Below, piece after piece: positions 1 to 4,452 of a stretch of 6,103 nt of DNA. Source of the stretch: a virus. Every line of letters begins with the position of its first letter. Position 1 is the first letter of the stretch. A model generated the notes under the pieces. The model worked only from the letters and a program-made list of their open reading frames with translations. It was not told where the DNA came from and did no database searches. The DNA lies in the IMG/VR virus record IMGVR_UViG_3300020041_000031, positions 1 to 6,103 of that record; one strand, given 5' to 3'. The position numbers and the translations under genes were made by a program.

Positions 1-121
1 GAACTTACTACTGTTCGTCCTCAACTCAGGATGGTAAAGCTGGAGCGGCACCCAGAAGCGATGAAGTCGAATAGTGTAGGGGTTGAATGTCGGAACAGCG
101 AGGGGATTGCTGCGAATGTCA
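1..121. repeat. Terminal redundancy, copy 1 (identical to 5983..6103)
   Basis: Base-by-base comparison shows 121/121 identity with the last 121 nt of the window. The repeat lies inside the capsid gene, so it is a circularisation overlap and not a biological repeat. Confidence 0.97.
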
Positions 122-276
122 ACGCCTTGCTCGATAGATACACGGTCTCGAGCATTAATAAAATCAATCCGCACCGGATACAAAATACCCGGCGTGCAAG
201 TAAACGCCTTACTCTCGGGAACATCGTAACGAGAATAGCCATTTACGGCATGTGAAATAAAAGGTTGTTTTCCCAT
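1..276 (-). CDS. VP1: Major capsid protein (VP1 / phiX F-like), N-terminal 92 codons; continues across the circular junction into 5982..4453
   Basis: My translation from the ATG at 276..274 reads MGKQPFISHAVNGYSRYDVPESKAFTCTPGILYPVRIDFINARDRVSIEQGVDIRSNPLAVPTFNPYTIRLHRFWVPLQLYHPELRTNSSKF. It runs in frame into the 4453..6033 ORF, because codon 3..1 equals codon 5985..5983. A TAA lies one codon upstream at 282..280. The pattern (G.L.P ... R..PL..P ... FWVP.QL) resembles the conserved N-terminus of microvirus capsid proteins. Confidence 0.9.
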   Translation of the reverse strand, partial: MGKQPFISHAVNGYSRYDVPESKAFTCTPGILYPVRIDFINARDRVSIEQGVDIRSNPLAVPTFNPYTIRLHRFWVPLQLYHPELRTNSSKF

Positions 277-279
277 AAA

Positions 280-1350
280 TTAAATAATTAGTTGAAGTTT
301 GTAGTGATCTTGCCAGAATCGAATAACATCCGGGCAGAGCCAAGTAGGGGGATCAAAATCGGGCATCTTGCGAGAAGACGCGGCGAAACGCATCATTTGC
401 TTTTGCTCCCACGTATACGACGCTCTACGGGATACGGAGGGATGGAGATTGAACCGCTCAATACACAAAGACACAACACGCTTAACCAGAGAAGACTTGC
501 TAAAGCGTGCATAGGAATCAGCAGAAATGATCGAACGAGATACCTCGTCTTCCGGTTTGAGGTATCTATGATAGTAGCGAGGAATCGAGTAGTTATAATT
601 GATACGCTTCTCAAAATCGTAATAAGACCACGACGAAACACGAACAGAAGAGCGAGGCATATAACCAAGGAAATTACCAACGCCAGCAGATACGAATTTT
701 CGCGTATAACGGCGATGTTGGAGGACGATAGATAAAGGTGTAATCTTTCCATTTAAAACGATATTTTGATTGGATATTTCTGCAGGATCAAATTGAATTT
801 GTTTTGTAATGTATTTGACGACGTATCGCGCACGCTGATGCGTGCCTTTCGCAAGCCAAACAAAACCAAGGTCACGGACAGCTGACCGAATCTCGTTGTA
901 CAAACAATCGGTTCCGAAGAGAAAGCCGTGAAAGTGAAGGCGCGGCGCCGATCCTGTTTCTGGATGGGTGCCAAACTCCTGGAAAAACGCATGTTTAAAG
1001 GAGTGGCCGATCTTATGGCGCACTCGCTCATTCCATCGTCTAATAAACGCAGAAGGATTTCGCAGTGCTTCATCGTAATATTTAGGTGCTATGGTTATCG
1101 TAATAAAAATAGCCTGTCGAGACTCAGCCTTACAGCGGGCAAGCTCGCGCTCTATACGCACGAACCAGTCATTGCGTTGACGGCGCAAGCAATCCTCGCA
1201 CTTTCCGCACGGAACCATCAACCATTGGCGCGCGATATCCCAGGGACGGAGAGCAAGGGCAGATTTGGCTACATCCGAGCCGTCACGACAAGGGTTCTTT
1301 TTGTCGAAATAACGGCGGTTGCGTATCCATATGGGCGACAAACAGGGCAT
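280..1350 (-). CDS. VP4: Replication initiation protein (VP4 / phiX gpA-like HUH endonuclease), 356 aa
   Basis: Motif I-like FITITI. The HUH motif HFH is encoded at 936..928 (cac ttt cac). The two-tyrosine motif YVVKYITK is encoded at 825..802 (compare phiX gpA YVAKYVNK). The Cys cluster PCGKCEDCLRRQRNDWFVR is typical of microvirus Rep. I chose the ATG at 1350..1348 (MPCLSPIWIRN...) because the track start at 1371 is a TTG. Confidence 0.93.
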   Translation of the reverse strand: MPCLSPIWIRNRRYFDKKNPCRDGSDVAKSALALRPWDIARQWLMVPCGKCEDCLRRQRNDWFVRIERELARCKAESRQAIFITITIAPKYYDEALRNPSAFIRRWNERVRHKIGHSFKHAFFQEFGTHPETGSAPRLHFHGFLFGTDCLYNEIRSAVRDLGFVWLAKGTHQRARYVVKYITKQIQFDPAEISNQNIVLNGKITPLSIVLQHRRYTRKFVSAGVGNFLGYMPRSSVRVSSWSYYDFEKRINYNYSIPRYYHRYLKPEDEVSRSIISADSYARFSKSSLVKRVVSLCIERFNLHPSVSRRASYTWEQKQMMRFAASSRKMPDFDPPTWLCPDVIRFWQDHYKLQLII

Positions 1351-1568
1351 TATAAGAGACTTTGAATACAATCAAACTTAATATGAGGACTTTCGCGACG
1401 ACAGCGAATGAGATAATCTTCGGCGGCTCTTTCGTCGGCAAACCAGGCAATAACAACACGTTTTTTTCCACGATACGCGCCAATAGAATAGCGATAAGAG
1501 ACACAATCGACTACCGGGGAAAATCTGGGGCGAAAATCAAAATAATCCATACTTGAAAATATTAACAT
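1350..1568 (-). CDS. Small hypothetical protein (72 aa from the ATG at 1568), translationally coupled to rep; positional analogue of gokushovirus VP5 / phiX C
   Basis: Minus-strand ORF directly upstream of rep. Its TAA (1352..1350) overlaps the rep ATG (1350..1348) as TAATG. Alternative starts are GTG at 1610 (86 aa, immediately after an in-frame TAG) and ATG at 1550 (66 aa). No motif was recognised with certainty. Confidence 0.6.
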   Translation of the reverse strand: MLIFSSMDYFDFRPRFSPVVDCVSYRYSIGAYRGKKRVVIAWFADERAAEDYLIRCRRESPHIKFDCIQSLL

Positions 1569-1639
1569 GCGCTTCGAAAGACGGTACTTTCGATCGCGAG
1601 AACTGCGCACCTATGCGGGCTGCGCCATTTCGGGCCTCA

Positions 1640-1655
1640 ATCTCGCATGCGCGAT
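1640..1655. repeat. Imperfect 16-bp palindrome atctcgcatgcgcgat (14/16 self-complementary) in the non-coding region
   Basis: The reverse complement atcgcgcatgcgagat differs at 2 symmetric positions. The core cgcatgcg is a perfect palindrome. Confidence 0.5.
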
Positions 1656-1732
1656 ATTTTCGGCTCCGGAAATGCTCACTCGCCTCGCCTTTAACGGTGC
1701 GCGAATCTATATATCGCTAAAAGCGATGAGTC

Positions 1733-1768
1733 TGCAAAAGACCCCCAGAAGGTATCTCCTCCTGGGGG
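1733..1768 (-). terminator. Intrinsic-terminator-like hairpin for the minus-strand transcript
   Basis: Stem 1742..1752 (cccccagaagg) pairs with 1758..1768 (cctcctggggg). That gives 10 pairs and one A/C mismatch, with a 5-nt loop tatct. On the minus strand it is followed by TCTTTTGC (1741..1734). It lies 10 nt after the TAG at 1778 and 47 nt after the stop of the 107-aa ORF. Confidence 0.55.
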
Positions 1769-1777
1769 GTTAGCGTA

Positions 1778-1852
1778 CTAAAGAACTCTTCCACCAAGAG
1801 GGCGGACAATAACTTTAGTCCCTTTTCCTTTCTTCTTCCGTCGAGCTTTCAT
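1778..1852 (-). CDS. Candidate 24-aa highly basic peptide MKARRKKKGKGTKVIVRPLGGRVL (J/VP8-like DNA-binding peptide), or the C-terminus of the 60-aa overprinted ORF 1778..1960
   Basis: ATG at 1852..1850 and TAG at 1780..1778. There are 9 K/R in 24 aa. It overlaps the last 38 nt of the 107-aa ORF in another frame and ends just before the terminator hairpin. It may be a frame artefact of the purine-rich run gaagaagaaaggaaaaggg. Confidence 0.3.
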   Translation of the reverse strand: MKARRKKKGKGTKVIVRPLGGRVL

Positions 1853-2138
1853 TACGATCGAGTTCAAAATCAAAGATAAGAATAATTGTATTATCGAAGA
1901 ATTCAACATCAAAGCCAGGAAGGTTCTCACAGGCGGTGATGAGGTTAGAGACATCTGCATGATCGATATAGAGCGAGTCGCTGATATGAGAGCTCTTTAG
2001 AAAACGTGCAACGGGAGAACCCGAGATGGCACTAAAGGGAAGGGGCTCAAATTGACAATCTTTGAGATGACCTACCTGGACGAGGTCGATCTTGAGAGCC
2101 GGGTTGATCCGGCGAATAACAACATGAATTTCTGCCAT
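1815..2138 (-). CDS. Hypothetical protein, 107 aa (acidic C-terminal tail ...DRNESSTEEERKRD)
   Basis: ATG-initiated minus-strand ORF that fills the space between the 106-aa ORF (11-nt spacer) and the terminator. No motif recognised. Confidence 0.6.
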   Translation of the reverse strand: MAEIHVVIRRINPALKIDLVQVGHLKDCQFEPLPFSAISGSPVARFLKSSHISDSLYIDHADVSNLITACENLPGFDVEFFDNTIILIFDFELDRNESSTEEERKRD

Positions 2139-2145
2139 AATAAAA

Positions 2146-2154
2146 AAGTTTAAA
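2146..2154. repeat. Copy of the intergenic 9-mer AAGTTTAAA (minus strand TTTAAACTT)
   Basis: Exact 9-mer in the 11-nt spacer between the 106-aa and 107-aa ORFs. It overlaps the TAA of the former. Confidence 0.85.
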
Positions 2155-2470
2155 GTCTTGATTGCAGTTTACTATAAAAGCATTCCCAGGCGGCCGACTG
2201 CTTTTGCCAAAAATCAGTGCCCTCAGGCGTCTCAGAAAACAAGAAAGCAGTGGCAATAAGGAGGGTCGGATCAAAGCCGGGACTGCAAAGAGAACGTCGA
2301 ACGTGGGCGCGTAAGCGATCGCGAAAACCTCCATAAGGAGAAACGATAACATCGCAATTCGTCTTAAAAGCAGTGAAAACCCCACGCCGAACGAGCCACT
2401 CCGTAAAAGCGTACTCGACAATGTCGATCATTAGATCGTTAATTCTGCATTCTGCACTCGCTTTTTTCAT
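2150..2470 (-). CDS. Hypothetical protein, 106 aa
   Basis: ATG at 2470..2468 and TAA at 2152..2150. It is on the same strand as all core genes and is the first gene after the VP2-proximal spacer. It is Trp/Phe-rich (EWLVRRG..., TPEGTDFWQKQSAAWECFY). No family recognised. Confidence 0.65.
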   Translation of the reverse strand: MKKASAECRINDLMIDIVEYAFTEWLVRRGVFTAFKTNCDVIVSPYGGFRDRLRAHVRRSLCSPGFDPTLLIATAFLFSETPEGTDFWQKQSAAWECFYSKLQSRL

Positions 2471-2496
2471 AGTAATATGGTTATTGGTTTACGATG

Positions 2497-2504
2497 CAAA
2501 TATA
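2497..2504 (-). promoter_or_regulatory. Possible Bacteroidota-type -7 promoter element TAnnTTTG (TATATTTG on the minus strand)
   Basis: Exact match to TAnnTTTG, ending 26 nt upstream of the ATG at 2470, in the 80-nt spacer after VP2. I found no clear -33 TTTG partner, so this is a single short-motif hit. Confidence 0.2.
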
Positions 2505-2525
2505 CAAGGAGGGAGATTAGCGGTA

Positions 2526-2534
2526 AAGTTTAAA
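2526..2534. repeat. Copy of the intergenic 9-mer AAGTTTAAA, followed by a degenerate copy aGGTTTAAA at 2535..2543
   Basis: Exact 9-mer in the spacer just downstream of the VP2 stop (2551..2553). Confidence 0.85.
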
Positions 2535-2550
2535 AGGTTTAAAAAAATGT

Positions 2551-3816
2551 TCAATTTCTCTCAAAATAACTGCGACGCACATACGTGGCACCCATCCTGT
2601 CGCCCGAAGGGCCATAAATCTCACGCGTCTCATCGTAACTATTGGGTGTAGCGGCACCCTTAGTAAGGGCCATACCGCTAATAGCCAGAGCGCCGGCAAG
2701 GGCAGTACGAGCCATCGAATATCCAAAAGCATTCTTCTCGGAACGGTTAGAAAACCATTGGGCGGAAAGACCCTGCGACGCGTTGGCGGCATTCATAGCA
2801 ATTAGATGTTCGTGTATCTGACGGCCAGTCATTTTAACAGTCTTACCAGTAGGCTTGCCTGACTCAGTAACCTGCGGAACTTCGATTTCAGCCTCCCAGT
2901 TGAGGCGAAACCACTCGCGAAGATCAGACAACCGAACTTTAGCTATATTAAACTCAGCGTTCGCGAGGTCACCTGTAGCAGCAGAACTGTAGGCGGCAGC
3001 ATAATCGCGAGCAATCTGTGCAGCATAAATCTGATCGAAATACTTTGAATTAAACTCTTTGATCTGAACAGCCTCCTCAACATGCTTAGCATACTGTGCA
3101 ACAAAATCTTGAAATTTGTAAGTAGCCATTAAATCCGCGTACTCAGCGTCGGCCATATGAATGTCAGCAAGAGCGCGATTAAGATCGGCAAGAGCAGCAG
3201 CATTATTGACGTTGTGCGTACGAATCTGCTTATCCAGCTCATCGATATCCTTACGCCATTGAACAGTATGGGTATTTCCACGAAGCATATCGGCCTCGGC
3301 ATTGTCACGATTAGAAGCAGCATCATTGCGATCGACCGTGGATCGAGCGACCATATTCTGCGCAATAGCGGCAGGGTCGCCAGGAGAAAAAGCGCCAGGA
3401 GCAACGGGCGAGCCACCCGAAGGGCCGGAGGCAGAAGGCATGGATGCAGAACCGCCCGACATGGTGGCATTCACACCGACACCCGAGGAGCCAAGGACGG
3501 CGGCGGGCGTTACGCCAGCTTTCAAGTAACGATCGAAAACCTTCGAAGGGTCGTTATAAGCATTCTCGTAATCGAATTGTTTCTGCCAGTTAGCATAGGA
3601 AAGTTCAGACTGCTTCTGCATTTGCTCGAGAGCATACTGTTGCTGAAGCTTCATCTGTTTTTGCTGAAATCGCCACTGGCGGCGGGCGTTCATGCCGCCA
3701 AAAAGCTGTCCTAAAAAACCATTAATCAAACCAGTAGTGCCGGTAGAGGCGGCAGATTGACCAAGAGCTTGACCAAAAGAGGCAGCAGCACCGGCAGCAG
3801 CAATAGGAGCAGGCAT
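2551..3816 (-). CDS. VP2: Minor capsid / DNA pilot protein (VP2 / phiX H-like), 421 aa
   Basis: Gly/Ala-rich hydrophobic N-terminus (MPAPIAAAGAAASFGQALGQ...GLINGFLGQLFGG). Gln-rich helical segment (RRQWRFQQKQMKLQQQYALEQMQKQ). NWQKQFDYENAYNDPSKVFDRYLKAGVTPAAVLG resembles the conserved microvirus VP2 core (...aGlNP..l). A Gly/Ser/Pro low-complexity linker is encoded at about 3376..3495. The position is typical for VP2. Confidence 0.85.
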   Translation of the reverse strand: MPAPIAAAGAAASFGQALGQSAASTGTTGLINGFLGQLFGGMNARRQWRFQQKQMKLQQQYALEQMQKQSELSYANWQKQFDYENAYNDPSKVFDRYLKAGVTPAAVLGSSGVGVNATMSGGSASMPSASGPSGGSPVAPGAFSPGDPAAIAQNMVARSTVDRNDAASNRDNAEADMLRGNTHTVQWRKDIDELDKQIRTHNVNNAAALADLNRALADIHMADAEYADLMATYKFQDFVAQYAKHVEEAVQIKEFNSKYFDQIYAAQIARDYAAAYSSAATGDLANAEFNIAKVRLSDLREWFRLNWEAEIEVPQVTESGKPTGKTVKMTGRQIHEHLIAMNAANASQGLSAQWFSNRSEKNAFGYSMARTALAGALAISGMALTKGAATPNSYDETREIYGPSGDRMGATYVRRSYFERN

Positions 3817-3817
3817 A

Positions 3818-4009
3818 CTAAATACGGGTTAAATTGTTAGAACGGATAATATAATCGACGCGCACAGTATCGATGTGAACGCCACTGCGCTGCATCTTAG
3901 CCTGAGCAGCACACGACGACAAGAAAAAGGCAGCCAAAGCGGCGACAATGGAGGAAACAAGTGTCCAAAAAGCCTTCGACTTGTAAAAAGGAGCCTTAGT
4001 GTCTGACAT
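3818..4009 (-). CDS. Small predicted lipoprotein / membrane-anchored protein, 63 aa
   Basis: ATG at 4009..4007. Basic n-region (K5, K10, K12), hydrophobic core AFWTLVSSIVAALAAFF, and the lipobox-like L30-S31-S32-C33, leaving a 31-aa mature part. The TAG at 3820..3818 lies 1 nt before the VP2 ATG, so the two are tightly coupled. Confidence 0.65.
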   Translation of the reverse strand: MSDTKAPFYKSKAFWTLVSSIVAALAAFFLSSCAAQAKMQRSGVHIDTVRVDYIIRSNNLTRI

Positions 4010-4018
4010 AAGTTTAAA
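4010..4018. repeat. Copy of the intergenic 9-mer AAGTTTAAA
   Basis: Exact 9-mer directly abutting the ATG of the 63-aa ORF (minus strand: ...TTTTTTAAACTT-ATG). Confidence 0.85.
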
Positions 4019-4035
4019 AAATTAAAGAACGATAG

Positions 4036-4113
4036 AAAAATGCGCGACCTCTCCTGCAGTCGTTACCAATAACCTTCAGCGATTCACGAACTCTCGCAGA
4101 AGGGGTTCGCGCA
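4036..4113 (-). terminator. Long imperfect stem-loop followed by a T-run on the minus strand (candidate leaky terminator or structural element)
   Basis: 4041..4047 tgcgcga pairs with 4107..4113 tcgcgca. After a 1-nt bulge, 4048..4052 pairs with 4101..4105 (one G-T pair), and 4054..4057 pairs with 4096..4099. On the minus strand the stem base is followed by TTTTTCT (4040..4034). It lies in the 134-nt spacer after the 98-aa ORF. Confidence 0.35.
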
Positions 4114-4143
4114 CGTAGCATATATCGTCAAGTAAAGAGTGTA

Positions 4144-4440
4144 CTATTTTTCTTCAGGGTTAGACGGATTCGAGACAGGCTTAGGTTTATCGAGCATAGA
4201 ATCAATAAGTTCCTGACCAACCTCTAAACCGTCGAACTTATCCATACGGGAGAACGAATTAGGATCAAAATCAATTTCAGGGTTAAACTTCTCGCCCTTC
4301 TCAAAGTCAGAGGGCTCAGCCGTCACATCCGGGCGGCCGGGAAGAACCTCAACAGAGCCGGAGCCGTCGAGAACAGAAAGAATGCGCTGACCGCGGGAAA
4401 CGTAAGCGGGGGCGTCCTCAAGGAGCCAATCAAGTGCCAT
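4144..4440 (-). CDS. Strongly acidic hypothetical protein, 98 aa (possible scaffolding-type protein)
   Basis: ATG at 4440..4438, 12 nt after the VP1 stop, and TAG at 4146..4144. By my count there are about 21 D/E versus about 10 K/R. No family motif recognised. Confidence 0.7.
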   Translation of the reverse strand: MALDWLLEDAPAYVSRGQRILSVLDGSGSVEVLPGRPDVTAEPSDFEKGEKFNPEIDFDPNSFSRMDKFDGLEVGQELIDSMLDKPKPVSNPSNPEEK

Positions 4441-4452
4441 AAAATCAATGTA

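Noticed and set aside
1-121. The 121-nt direct repeat at both window ends, read as LTR-like or att-like repeats of a mobile element
   Set aside because: The repeat is internal to the capsid reading frame and restores that frame exactly when the ends are joined. This is what a linearised circular contig looks like, not a biological duplication.
21-242. 73-aa minus-strand ORF in the track (and the 31..255 plus-strand ORF)
   Set aside because: Both are out of frame or antisense to the capsid N-terminal coding region (276..1). That region has family-like sequence and continues the long VP1 frame.
277-282. Rep and VP1 are in the same frame, separated only by TAA TTT, which suggests a readthrough fusion
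   Set aside because: TAA is a strong stop, no readthrough context or downstream structure was seen, and a Rep-capsid fusion has no precedent. This is simply genome compaction.
1551-1566. acttgaaaatattaac matches 13/16 positions of the phiX174 origin core ACTTGATATTAATAAC (as I recall that sequence)
   Set aside because: It is on the window plus strand, which is the complement of the coding/packaged-sense strand. Rep would be expected to nick the packaged-sense strand. The match is AT-rich and short, so chance similarity is likely. Only a nicking assay would revive it.
2507-2512. AGGAGG Shine-Dalgarno-like hexamer on the plus strand
   Set aside because: There is no ATG/GTG/TTG 5-10 nt downstream on that strand, and the only nearby option gives a 5-codon frame. 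It lies in a minus-strand spacer.
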